DNA of 64,000 bases from an uncultured Gammaproteobacteria bacterium (lineage in GTDB: Bacteria > Patescibacteriota > Microgenomatia > Levybacterales > GWA1-39-11): contig CAZYWG010000005.1 of the NCBI GenBank assembly GCA_964651815.1, positions 27,053-91,052 on the forward strand, read 5' to 3'. Position numbers and translations under genes: made by a program. Positions 9,696-19,052 of this stretch are shown in pieces (positions within the stretch are counted from its first letter, which is position 1; every line of letters begins with the position of its first letter). The notes below the pieces were generated by a model. It searched no databases. It was not told the DNA's origin and saw nothing but the letters and a program-made list of their open reading frames with translations.

Positions 9696-10298
9696 TTAAT
9701 CTTCAGTGATTTTTTTTACCACTCTTGCCGGATTTCCAACAACAATCGAATTTGGAGGAACGCTTTTCGTCACAATGGATCCGGCACCAACAACTGCTCC
9801 GTCACCTACAGAAACGCCGGGTAAAATTACAACGTGCGATCCTACCCAAACGTTTTTACCTATTGTGACTGGTTTGCTTGTATACCCTTTTTTATCAGAC
9901 AAGAGGTGGCTGTATTTTTCATGAGGAATTTTATGATTGAAGTCAGTAATAAATACATTTGGAGAAATCAAAGTATTGTCTCCAATTCGTAAAGTTTCAT
10001 GGGCAAAAATAAAAGTATAATCATGGATGTAAACATTATTTCCTATTAATATCTTCCCTTCAAATCCGGCTTTTAATCTTGCGCCATCCCCAATAAATGA
10101 ATTTTTACCTATACTAATTGAGTTTTTGACACTTTGAAAAATAATAACGTTTTTACCCAAAATTACCGAATATTCTAAGTTGTAATTTCTCAACCTTAGA
10201 AATAGAATTCGGACAATTGAAACCACTTTAGTCGAAATAATCATATTAATCTGGTATACGAATTCTACTAAACCTTTGTCTTTTAATTTTTTTAGCAT
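9696..10298 (-). CDS. Hexapeptide-repeat (left-handed beta-helix) sugar O-acetyltransferase, LacA/WbbJ-like.
   Basis: The C-terminus reads VTIGKNVWVGSHVVILPGVSVGDGAVVGAGSIVTKSVPPNSIVVGNPARVV, with clear hexapeptide repeats. Confidence 0.8.
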   Translation of the reverse strand: MLKKLKDKGLVEFVYQINMIISTKVVSIVRILFLRLRNYNLEYSVILGKNVIIFQSVKNSISIGKNSFIGDGARLKAGFEGKILIGNNVYIHDYTFIFAHETLRIGDNTLISPNVFITDFNHKIPHEKYSHLLSDKKGYTSKPVTIGKNVWVGSHVVILPGVSVGDGAVVGAGSIVTKSVPPNSIVVGNPARVVKKITED

Positions 10299-10625
10299 TT
10301 ATTTTTTTAGATTGTCTTTCAATAACAAAAGTGCTCCGGTAAACAAAAGAAAATAGCTTACATTTCCTAAAATCTCAGCAAGAAAATTGCTATTTATAAG
10401 AACTAGCAGCATCATTGCAAAAAAAAGTGAAACTCCAATTTTAATAAGACTTATCCCGTTTAATCCTGCAATAAATAAAATGCCAATCCACATAAATCCC
10501 GTTATTGAATATGGCAAGTACAAGTTAAGGTAAGGAATCTGTGGTAGTATAAAAAGACTAAAAGTAATTAATATTAAACCAACATAAAGTCCTTGTTTGT
10601 TAAAAGAAATTCTATTTTTTTCCAT
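10299..10625 (-). CDS. Small polytopic membrane protein (about 108 aa, 3-4 transmembrane segments). It could be a GtrA/GtcA-like small flippase.
   Basis: I recomputed the start to Met19 of the track ORF (MEKNRISF...; ATG at 10625-10623). The protein is hydrophobic throughout. Confidence 0.4.
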   Translation of the reverse strand: MEKNRISFNKQGLYVGLILITFSLFILPQIPYLNLYLPYSITGFMWIGILFIAGLNGISLIKIGVSLFFAMMLLVLINSNFLAEILGNVSYFLLFTGALLLLKDNLKK

Positions 10626-13600
10626 TCTTGCGACTATTGCTCCATAGTATATATGCAACCTGCAAAATAATAAACCCAAAAGTCAAAACAAGTCCTATTG
10701 AAAATAATTTTTGATTTTTAAATTGTAAACTAATCGTGGAATCCCCATTAGTATTCATACCCCAAGCATTTGCATAACCATTCATAACAAAATGGTTATC
10801 ATTCTTTTCATTGTTCGCATACATTTCCCATAGTGGAGAGTACCTTTCCGAAAAGAACAATATATATGGCTCTGTTGCTCCTTTAATGTCTACTCTATAA
10901 AGAGTTGGGTTTATTTTTGTAAATGAAACTTTTGGAGTACCATTAACTTTTTGTGACATATTTGTATAACTAAAAATTTCGGGAGTAACAATTTCCGTAA
11001 CTTGAATTTGCTTAAAAACCTGCGCTGGATCTATATCTTTTGCGGAACAAAACATAACATTTGCTCCCGTATCATTTGATTTTCCTGAAAACTGGACGTT
11101 AACTGAATCTTCTATTGAATCCGGAAAATTCAATTCAATGTCAGGAACCAAAGAATGTGGTTTTAGATTTTTTGAGCTCTCAGTTGTAAATGGAATATAA
11201 TACCTAAATACATACATAGATCCTCCTAAATGGGAATCAACATCTGCCGTTATAAGATACTTTTTTAAACCAGAATACGCAGGTATTGAAGATGTAATAC
11301 AATTAAGATCTTCTCCTTTGATTGTTGCAGGTTTGCCCACAGATCTTGTAAATAAATTTGGCATTGAAAAGTTAAGCGTTAATTGTTTATCTTGATGGTT
11401 TGTGGGAATTTCCTGATTTAGATTTAAATCCGAAAAAGCAAATTTTTGTCCGTCTATCTCATATGAAACAGGCAGAACAACATTTCCCTGAATATCACGT
11501 GGGAGTGTGTTTGAATTTAGATCTATTTTTCCACCAGAATTTGTAATGTCGTAAACATATGTATTTCTCCAGTGATTTGGATTTAACTCAGTATATATAT
11601 CACGATTAATATTTTTCATTTTTTCTGTATCTCGGATGAGACTTGACGCAATAGGATTTTGTAAATCTAGCTTGGAGAGATCAAGTCCATGATTTAAAAT
11701 CAACAACTGTAAAGTCATATAATCTTGAATACGCTTTATTTCACTGTAATTCTCGCTTTTTTTATAACTGTTTAAATAAATTGAATACAGCTGATCCAAA
11801 TAGTCTGACAAAAGATGTAGAGACTTCATCCACGTGGGCGAGGGATTCGCTTTGAAGTCTATCCTTTGAAGCTCAACCGTTCTTTTAAGCGACAACCCTA
11901 ACAATGCATTTGTCTTCTCATCTATAGTTCCCGCGCGATTAAGGCTTCTTTTTTCGAGCCAAAGTTTTAACGGATAAAAAAATGATGTAGGTAAAATCTT
12001 AGGAGATGTAATATCTGCCGAGATACCGGAAGTAAGAATTCCACAAGAAATGCAAGGAAGACTCGTAAATGTGCCCTGTACAGGAACGCTATTTTTTTCA
12101 TCTTCCGAATTATCTGTAAAATACCTGTAATTCGTGTCAACTATTGCACTGACTGGCGTATCTTTGGCAATTAAGTTCATAGACCCAATTGCCCTAATTT
12201 GTTTTGGGGTAACATCTTTTATTTCATATAAATCCCAGGCACCTTCTTGCCATATTTTACTGAAAACATCCGTGTTTTTGTCCAAAATCGCAGAATATAA
12301 TTGCGGATCTTCAGATAAGGATTTATCGTAATTAAAGGCAACATCGTGTGTTACCAATATATATTTAACATTTGTACTTTCTGCAAGAGATTTTAATAGT
12401 CTGAAATCACCAGTTCTTAGACTGGAATTCAAAGCACTTATGGTCTCATCTTCTGCAGTGTTATACCCAAATGCATCATTAATAACAAATCCTTTTCCAG
12501 TAACTAATGAAAATATTGGATAGGCAGCCCAATAACCCCAAGTATAAGCTTTTATATCACCAAAGTAGTTTGGGGGCGGGACAACTAACGTTCTGTATTC
12601 ACTTTTTTGTACATTGGCTTTCGCAAGATCCTTTACATAATCGGGAACTTTTAACATTGAACTAAAAGGTGCATCAAATGCAAAATTAGAATTAGTAAAA
12701 AAAGGATAATTGAAAGAAATTACAAAAGCCAAACACAAAATACCGAACAGAATACTTCTTTTAGGTAAAAATTTTACACTTAAGTTTGCAACCGTTACTC
12801 CTATTAGGATCGCAAACGCAAAGTAAACAATCGGCATGAATTTATAATAAGGTGATCGGAAAGCAGCAAATCCGGGTACTTTCTCCATCAATAAAATAAA
12901 TATATTCCCAAGCGGAGGATGAGCTCCTGCAGAAAAAAATAAACCCACCAAGGCAAGTATTACAAAGAAAAGGATATTATTTTTTTCTTTGTGAATTTTA
13001 GTAGTCAGTGGAGCAACAAAAGCTGCTATAGGAAAAATGAAGCTGCCTATGATTAATAATGGATTTTTCAAAAAAGGGTATGACCAAAGAAATGGCTTAT
13101 CATACCAATTGTTGTCACCATTTAGCCTGAAAAGATTTATAAGACTTGTATAAACGCTTATTGACTTAGCCCATTCAACTGCACCACTTACCCCCCCCAC
13201 TATTGTTACCTGATTTCCATATTGCAAATTAAAAGAAGCGAGAAACGGCAGTAAATAATAAGCGTTACTTAGAATAAAAAGTATCCCGCCCCAGAGAAAA
13301 AGTGTTAAAAATCGCTTTACATAATTAAACCCCTCGTTTTTAAAATTTACAAAAAGAAAATATAAAAAAATCAGAGCGGAGGAAATAATCACGGGCCCTA
13401 TCAATGGCACTCCCCGTATTCCCCCGGCACTAAAGAAAAAGTAAACTAAATTAAGATAAATAGCACTTTTTAATGCAGAAGTCTTTTTGTCAATAAACCT
13501 CAGTATAAAAAGTAAAAAAAGTGGAAGAAGAGCGTAGGAAACAAGAATCGCCTGTTCTCCTTGTAGCCAGAAAGAGTAAATATGCAGATTAAATATATAG

Positions 13601-13995
13601 ATAAATACAGCAATAAGACGAGCGGCCCACTGATTTTTTTTAGGAAAAAAATATGATGAAAACGCATACATTGAAAGTGAAAGCGTAAGAAACCAGAATA
13701 CAAATAACACTTTTTGCACATCAAATTGACTAATACCGAGAGCGTTAACTAGGGCAGGAAGAGCGCTAAATATCACTGCCCCAATTTCAATTGACATATC
13801 AACGCCAAAATTATGAGAAGAGAGCCATGAGAATGTCCTCTGTTGAAAATATTGAATATAGTTGATCGCATATCCAGAATCTAACCCAACAACAATATTA
13901 CCCGGCTTAAACCATAAAAGCGGGACAAGACTTATCAGAAAAAGAAAAATAATTTCTCCCAGGATATATTTTTTATTCTTCAGAAATTCCATCAT
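10612..13995 (-). CDS. Giant polytopic membrane protein of 1127 aa, family A (GT-C-like candidate; possibly similar to AftD/DUF3367-type arabinofuranosyltransferases).
   Basis: The N-terminal roughly 450 aa are multi-TM and paralogous to 2..2041. A hydrophilic domain of about 550 aa carries Cys pairs (LPCISCG; CITSS). The C-terminal part has Y-x-P-x-W...FKNQ before a terminal TM anchor. Confidence 0.65.
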   Translation of the reverse strand: MMEFLKNKKYILGEIIFLFLISLVPLLWFKPGNIVVGLDSGYAINYIQYFQQRTFSWLSSHNFGVDMSIEIGAVIFSALPALVNALGISQFDVQKVLFVFWFLTLSLSMYAFSSYFFPKKNQWAARLIAVFIYIFNLHIYSFWLQGEQAILVSYALLPLFLLFILRFIDKKTSALKSAIYLNLVYFFFSAGGIRGVPLIGPVIISSALIFLYFLFVNFKNEGFNYVKRFLTLFLWGGILFILSNAYYLLPFLASFNLQYGNQVTIVGGVSGAVEWAKSISVYTSLINLFRLNGDNNWYDKPFLWSYPFLKNPLLIIGSFIFPIAAFVAPLTTKIHKEKNNILFFVILALVGLFFSAGAHPPLGNIFILLMEKVPGFAAFRSPYYKFMPIVYFAFAILIGVTVANLSVKFLPKRSILFGILCLAFVISFNYPFFTNSNFAFDAPFSSMLKVPDYVKDLAKANVQKSEYRTLVVPPPNYFGDIKAYTWGYWAAYPIFSLVTGKGFVINDAFGYNTAEDETISALNSSLRTGDFRLLKSLAESTNVKYILVTHDVAFNYDKSLSEDPQLYSAILDKNTDVFSKIWQEGAWDLYEIKDVTPKQIRAIGSMNLIAKDTPVSAIVDTNYRYFTDNSEDEKNSVPVQGTFTSLPCISCGILTSGISADITSPKILPTSFFYPLKLWLEKRSLNRAGTIDEKTNALLGLSLKRTVELQRIDFKANPSPTWMKSLHLLSDYLDQLYSIYLNSYKKSENYSEIKRIQDYMTLQLLILNHGLDLSKLDLQNPIASSLIRDTEKMKNINRDIYTELNPNHWRNTYVYDITNSGGKIDLNSNTLPRDIQGNVVLPVSYEIDGQKFAFSDLNLNQEIPTNHQDKQLTLNFSMPNLFTRSVGKPATIKGEDLNCITSSIPAYSGLKKYLITADVDSHLGGSMYVFRYYIPFTTESSKNLKPHSLVPDIELNFPDSIEDSVNVQFSGKSNDTGANVMFCSAKDIDPAQVFKQIQVTEIVTPEIFSYTNMSQKVNGTPKVSFTKINPTLYRVDIKGATEPYILFFSERYSPLWEMYANNEKNDNHFVMNGYANAWGMNTNGDSTISLQFKNQKLFSIGLVLTFGFIILQVAYILWSNSRKNGKK

Positions 13996-13999
13996 TAAA

Positions 14000-15025
14000 T
14001 CAATCTTTATATTCTTGAATGCTACCGGCCAAATATTTGTAATAAGAGAGTCTCGGGTTCCGGGTTATATATTTTTTAAGATCAGAGTCTGAGATGACAC
14101 GAATTTTTTTTTGTATTTTTTTTCTTTTTTTGAGTAAGTCAGGCATTTTTAAAACCCAACATATATTCCCTTTTTGAACTGAATATGCCTTAGGTAAATC
14201 CCCTTTAATGATAGATAATAAAACAAATATCTCGCCCATTATAAATTGCACAGGAAGAATCTTTACGAGTTCACGAATGCTAAAATTTTTAACATAAGAA
14301 TAGTATCTATTGCGGAATGACCTAAAAAGTGAATCGTTACTGCTTGTCATGGTCAGTGTGTCTCCTCCACCCCAATGATAGACTACGCTTGTTGGATCGT
14401 ATAAAACTTTTTTCCCGGAAAGCCACATTCTATGGCAAAGGTCTGTCTCCTCAACATATGACAAAAATGATTCATCAAGACCTCCCAGATCTAGATAATC
14501 TTTTTTTGAGATTATAAAACATGCGCCTTTTATTGAATACCCAAACATTTTATCTTTGTATTTTTTCAACTTCCACGGCTTCATATAACCAAAGTGATAA
14601 AGAAATCCTGTCCAAGTCATGAAAGACGCCACAGAATCAAGAAGATCTGTATGAATCATACTTCTAATCTGTGGTTGAATAATTCCAATAGTCTTGTCAT
14701 TTTCCAGCTGCTCAACCAGAGGTGTTAGAAAATTAGGCGTCACTGCTGCATCGTTATCAATTGCCAAAATATATTTACCGGATGCTTTTGAAACTCCTAA
14801 ATTTTTGCCGCCTGCGTACCCAATGTTTTTCTTTAAATTTACGAGTTTTACGTTAGGATAACTCCTCTTAACGAATTCTTCGCTGTCATCAGTTGATCCA
14901 TTATTTATAACAACAATTTCAAATCTCGGGTACTTAAGTTTTTCTATTGATAAAAGGCATTTTTCAAGTCGTTTTTTACCGTTCCAATTTAATATTACAA
15001 AGGAAACAAGGGGGTAATTTTTCAT
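14000..15025 (-). CDS. GT2 family glycosyltransferase.
   Basis: LVSFVILNWNGKKRLEKCL...IVVINNGSTDDS, GYAGGKN and AIDNDA. I moved the start to MKNYPL (ATG at 15025-15023), which gives an ATGA overlap with the stop of the upstream gene. Confidence 0.8.
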   Translation of the reverse strand: MKNYPLVSFVILNWNGKKRLEKCLLSIEKLKYPRFEIVVINNGSTDDSEEFVKRSYPNVKLVNLKKNIGYAGGKNLGVSKASGKYILAIDNDAAVTPNFLTPLVEQLENDKTIGIIQPQIRSMIHTDLLDSVASFMTWTGFLYHFGYMKPWKLKKYKDKMFGYSIKGACFIISKKDYLDLGGLDESFLSYVEETDLCHRMWLSGKKVLYDPTSVVYHWGGGDTLTMTSSNDSLFRSFRNRYYSYVKNFSIRELVKILPVQFIMGEIFVLLSIIKGDLPKAYSVQKGNICWVLKMPDLLKKRKKIQKKIRVISDSDLKKYITRNPRLSYYKYLAGSIQEYKD

Positions 15026-15891
15026 ATTTTGTTTTCCTGGAGAAATTCTAAGTATTTCTTCAAAGATAATTTCCAATGAGGAAGTTTTATGTTTAGTGAA
15101 TTCAATTTTGCCGTATTTAAAGCAGTAAATATTGGAGTCCTAACTCCTCCATAAATTCCATGTCTATCAACGGGTTTTACTTTTAATTTTAGCTCTCTCA
15201 CTTTTACTATTTCTTGCGCAAATTCGGCAGAAGATGCATGCCCCTCATTTACCACGTTAAAAACACCAGTAGCCTTCTTTTTAATAAGAGCAAGCACTCC
15301 CAAAGCGAGATCTGGGGCGTAGGCAAAACTTGAAACCTGTTCTGAAGAGATTTCAATTTCTGAAACTTTTTTTGCCTGATTTAAAATGTATAGAACAAAA
15401 TTTCCTTTTTTTTCACGGCTTCCTTCAACTCCGCCAAAAATAATTGATGTTCTGACAACGATACTATTAGAGTTATAATTTAATGTTGCAATTTCGCCAG
15501 CAAATTTAGATAGTCCGTACATTTGAATAGGATTGGCTAGATCTGTCTCTTTGTATGGCTGTATCTTTTCCCCATCAAACACTTTGTCCGTTGAAAAATA
15601 AACGAGTTTTATTTTTCCCTCACGGCAAATATCCGCTAACATTTTTTCAGCAGCAGAATTAATCGCAAACGCGCGCTCCGGAAATTTTTCGCATTCGGGA
15701 ACTACGTGATATGCCGCCGTATTAATAACTACGTCCGGTTTGACTTCTTTTATTTTTTCTCGAACTCGATTGTAATCTAGTATATTTAAATCCTTTTGAC
15801 CAAAAGAGAATTTTTCGTATTTAAGTTTTCTGGAAAGTTTATCTATTTCTCGGCCTACTTGCCCGTTTTTACCAATAAGAAGTATTTTCAT
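15022..15891 (-). CDS. RmlD-like dTDP/NDP-4-dehydro-6-deoxyhexose reductase.
   Basis: MKILLIGKNGQVGREI at the N-terminus and YGLSKFAGE (YxxxK). The length of about 289 aa is typical of RmlD. I moved the start to MKILLIG (ATG at 15891-15889). Confidence 0.7.
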   Translation of the reverse strand: MKILLIGKNGQVGREIDKLSRKLKYEKFSFGQKDLNILDYNRVREKIKEVKPDVVINTAAYHVVPECEKFPERAFAINSAAEKMLADICREGKIKLVYFSTDKVFDGEKIQPYKETDLANPIQMYGLSKFAGEIATLNYNSNSIVVRTSIIFGGVEGSREKKGNFVLYILNQAKKVSEIEISSEQVSSFAYAPDLALGVLALIKKKATGVFNVVNEGHASSAEFAQEIVKVRELKLKVKPVDRHGIYGGVRTPIFTALNTAKLNSLNIKLPHWKLSLKKYLEFLQENKI

Positions 15892-15917
15892 CCGGAATAA
15901 TATGGGCAGAATAAAAC

Positions 15918-16367
15918 CTATCTCATAACAATATCCCAAGAATATGGAATTTTTTTATCGAACGGATCTATACGTGTCATTTCTGTTGGATCATGAGGCA
16001 TATCGGGACAACTTGCAAGAATTGATGGTTTGGTACCGATTGTTTTGTAACCGTTTACAACGCCTATTGGAATTTGAACCAAACAATAATTATCATCTCC
16101 AATAAATATTTCTTGAATTTCTTTATACGTTTTGGAACTTTTTCTGTCGTCATACAAAACAAGCTTAACCATTCCTTCAATTACACAATAGTTCAGAGTC
16201 ATTTTTTTATGGAGATGCCAACCTTTTATTACTCCCGGGTACGCTTTTGAAAAATAAATTTCTCCAAATGTTGAAAACTCGGGGTCACTAGATCTCAGCA
16301 TATGCATAATTGTTCCTCGCTCATCTGGTATTTTTTTAAGTTGTTTAACTATAACTCCTTCAATCAT
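15918..16367 (-). CDS. RmlC-family cupin (NDP-4-keto-6-deoxyhexose 3,5-epimerase or isomerase).
   Basis: 149 aa, with IPDERGTIMHM...KGWHLHKK...VIEG.VKLVLYDDRKSS...IPIGVVNGYKTIG, which matches the conserved blocks of RmlC. Confidence 0.75.
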   Translation of the reverse strand: MIEGVIVKQLKKIPDERGTIMHMLRSSDPEFSTFGEIYFSKAYPGVIKGWHLHKKMTLNYCVIEGMVKLVLYDDRKSSKTYKEIQEIFIGDDNYCLVQIPIGVVNGYKTIGTKPSILASCPDMPHDPTEMTRIDPFDKKIPYSWDIVMR

Positions 16368-16427
16368 ATTTTTATAAATCTACCGAATATAGTAACATAA
16401 TTTTGTGGCTTTATAAAGGCACGAGGA

Positions 16428-17468
16428 TTATTTTTCCCAAAAGAGATTTTTATCTATTTTTCCGTCATCAATTAATTTTTTTAAAACGGAAAGTCTTGTA
16501 TATTTACCGGATTCAAAATCCTTTTTTCCGTAATTAACAGATTTCAATTCACTTATTAAATTTTTAACCGAGCGATTCATACCCCATTTCTGATTCACCT
16601 CAGGGAAAAATTTGTAAAAAAGATCAAATTTGACTTTGTAACTTCTGGTGTCGCTGCCATGCTCTCCGGTAAAAACTATTTTACAGGATGGCAAGTTTTT
16701 TTTGACTATTCCAACAAGATCTTTTACTTGAAAGTTACTATCGTTAAATCCTATGTTAATAACTCGCCCGTTGAGACTGTCTTTTTTTGTCTCCAAAAAC
16801 AGAATAAATATATCAGAAAGATCCCTAACATCAATTAAAGGTCTCCATGGTGTGCCGTCGCTCATGATTCTAATTTCACCATAAGCTAGTGCAGTTGTTA
16901 CTAAATTGTTTACTACTAAATCATTCCTAAATCTTGGCGAAAACCCGTAAACCGTGGAGTTCCTCATAAGACCTACAAAAAAATTAGAATCAGCGAGTTT
17001 TTTTAAAGCATTCTCCGTGTCAATTTTAGACTTAGCATACGCTGTTAATGGATTCACTTTTGATGTTTCATCAACTACTCCACTTTTAGCAATACCATAT
17101 ATACTGCATGAAGAAGAAAAAAGAAACTTTTTAACTCCTGCTTTTTTCGCGAGTTTTGCAAGACGGACTGATGATCTATAGTTAATTTCACGGGTTAAAC
17201 CGGGATTAATTTCACCCATAGGATCATTCGACAAAGCGCTTAAGTGAATTATTGCATCAAATCCTCTAACATCGCTTGTTTCCAACAACCTAACATCTTT
17301 TGTAATTTTCCGATATTTTGCAAGCGAATTTTTTGGAACCAAACTATCATTAAAAAACCCTGCGTCAATACCCGTAACGTCATAACCTTTATCCAAAAGC
17401 TTTGGAACAAGCACAGAACCTATATATCCGCGGTCCCCCGTTACTAAAATTTTCTTTAAATTATTCAT
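16428..17468 (-). CDS. NAD-dependent nucleotide-sugar epimerase/dehydratase (extended SDR).
   Basis: KILVTGDRGYIGSVLV and YAKSK. I moved the start to MNNLKKILV (ATG at 17468-17466), which gives an ATGA overlap with the stop of the methyltransferase gene. Confidence 0.75.
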   Translation of the reverse strand: MNNLKKILVTGDRGYIGSVLVPKLLDKGYDVTGIDAGFFNDSLVPKNSLAKYRKITKDVRLLETSDVRGFDAIIHLSALSNDPMGEINPGLTREINYRSSVRLAKLAKKAGVKKFLFSSSCSIYGIAKSGVVDETSKVNPLTAYAKSKIDTENALKKLADSNFFVGLMRNSTVYGFSPRFRNDLVVNNLVTTALAYGEIRIMSDGTPWRPLIDVRDLSDIFILFLETKKDSLNGRVINIGFNDSNFQVKDLVGIVKKNLPSCKIVFTGEHGSDTRSYKVKFDLFYKFFPEVNQKWGMNRSVKNLISELKSVNYGKKDFESGKYTRLSVLKKLIDDGKIDKNLFWEK

Positions 17469-18187
17469 TTTTTTGCTCTTAAAATCAATAGATGTGAATG
17501 GCGAGGATCTAAAGAACACAACAGTTTTGAAATTATTCCAAAAAACGGGAAATACCCTACTCCAATCACAGTTTCGATTTGAAAACCATACTCCAGAAAA
17601 ACATCAGTTAAAGTTTTGTACGCTAAAACTTTGTTATGACTTAATTCACCAAGACTATCCCCTTTTTCAACAATAAAACCCCCGTTCGAAGCAAATGGAT
17701 TACCTAGCGGTCTATCTGCCAAACCGTAAGCAGATGAAAAAGGTTGCCATCCCAAAAAAAGTGAAAATATGTTCGGCCAACTGGCAAGATTATCTGTAGC
17801 AATTAAAATGTATCCACCTTTTTTAAGGATTCTTTTTGCTTCCTGAATAAAAATGTTAATATTGTAAAGGTGCTCAAGACTAAAGTGGCTTATCACAATG
17901 TCAAAATAATTATCTTTCAATGGAAGCTTGTGATTAATATTTGCTGAAATAATTTTGATTTTACTTTTGTTGATTTGTCGTTTTATTTTCCCTGGTTCTA
18001 TTCCTATTATTTCCTTAGCGGTTGCTTTTTCAGCAAACAACAACGTAAGTCTTCCGTCGCCGCAACCAAGATCCGCGAGTTTAGCATTCTTTTTGGGTTT
18101 TATAAGATTTATAAATGCGGTATTTTCTTCTTGTGTCCATTGTGTTTCGAAAATATACTTTGCATAACTTTTAAATATTGAGACCAT
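17465..18187 (-). CDS. Class I SAM-dependent methyltransferase. It is a paralog of 2158..2892.
   Basis: LADLGCGDGRLTLLFAEK (motif I), plus the blocks LEHLYN, ATDNLASWPNI, GNPFA, HNKVL and RHSHLLILRA shared with 2158..2892. Confidence 0.8.
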   Translation of the reverse strand: MVSIFKSYAKYIFETQWTQEENTAFINLIKPKKNAKLADLGCGDGRLTLLFAEKATAKEIIGIEPGKIKRQINKSKIKIISANINHKLPLKDNYFDIVISHFSLEHLYNINIFIQEAKRILKKGGYILIATDNLASWPNIFSLFLGWQPFSSAYGLADRPLGNPFASNGGFIVEKGDSLGELSHNKVLAYKTLTDVFLEYGFQIETVIGVGYFPFFGIISKLLCSLDPRHSHLLILRAKK

Positions 18188-18193
18188 AAAAAT

Positions 18194-18994
18194 TTATCTC
18201 CAGACTTTCCATTTTGGATCCTTTTTCCATTGTTTGTTTAATTCTTCCATATCTTGGTATGTATCCATTGCTGCCCAAAAGCCTTCATGTATAAAAACGG
18301 CCAATTGCTTATCGTCACACATTCTTGGAAATGCATCATGAATCATTTCTCCAGGTTTAAGATAGTCAAAAATCTTGGTTGAAAATATCATAAAACCTCC
18401 ATTGACATATTGATTAAACTTGGGCTTTTCTTGAAATCTTTTTATCATCCCGTCCTTATCTGAAATAATAAGGCCCCATTTAGATTTAGGATGAACACCT
18501 GTAATAACTCCAGTAATTTTCTTTTGTTCATAGAATTTTAGGAGATCGTTTATATTTATATCAGAAACTCCATCACCATAAGTCACCATGAATTTATCGC
18601 CTTTCAGATATTTTCTGACTTTTGCAAGCCTGTCACCTGTTGACGTTTCCTGGCCCGTATCAACAAAAGTGATGTTAAAATCATCGTGCTTACGTTTGTT
18701 ATTTTTGTGTAAGGATTTATTCCCGGTTTTTGTATTGAGAGAAAAATCATGCTGAAAATATTCTTGATTAATAAAATAATCTTTTATGTAATCTCCTTTA
18801 TAGCCAAGAGCTACAATGAAATTATTAAAACCATAATGTGCGTAAATTTTCATAATATGCCACAGAATAGGTTTTCCCCCAACAGTAACCATAGGCTTTG
18901 GCCGGAATTCAGTTTCTTCTTTCATCCGTGAACCTTGTCCACCACAGAAAATCACAATTGGAATTTTTAATAAATCACTTTTGTCTTTTGACAT
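18194..18994 (-). CDS. rfbF: Glucose-1-phosphate cytidylyltransferase (RfbF-like NDP-glucose pyrophosphorylase).
   Basis: IVIFCGGQGSRMKEETEFRPKPMVTVGGKPILWHIMKIYAHYGFNNFIVALGYKGDYIKDYF closely matches the RfbF/DdhA signature. The length of 266 aa fits. Confidence 0.8.
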   Translation of the reverse strand: MSKDKSDLLKIPIVIFCGGQGSRMKEETEFRPKPMVTVGGKPILWHIMKIYAHYGFNNFIVALGYKGDYIKDYFINQEYFQHDFSLNTKTGNKSLHKNNKRKHDDFNITFVDTGQETSTGDRLAKVRKYLKGDKFMVTYGDGVSDININDLLKFYEQKKITGVITGVHPKSKWGLIISDKDGMIKRFQEKPKFNQYVNGGFMIFSTKIFDYLKPGEMIHDAFPRMCDDKQLAVFIHEGFWAAMDTYQDMEELNKQWKKDPKWKVWR

Positions 18995-19052
18995 TTTCGG
19001 TCCTTGAATGGTAGCAAATTATATCTTTTTTTACAAGGAAACTAAACTCCTG

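Noticed and set aside
10612-10679. A 68-nt overlap between the giant family A gene and the downstream small membrane-protein ORF.
   Set aside because: This is most likely an artefact of the longest-ORF start. Using Met19 (ATG at 10625) reduces the overlap to 14 nt. I therefore reassigned the start and did not treat it as programmed overlap or frameshift.
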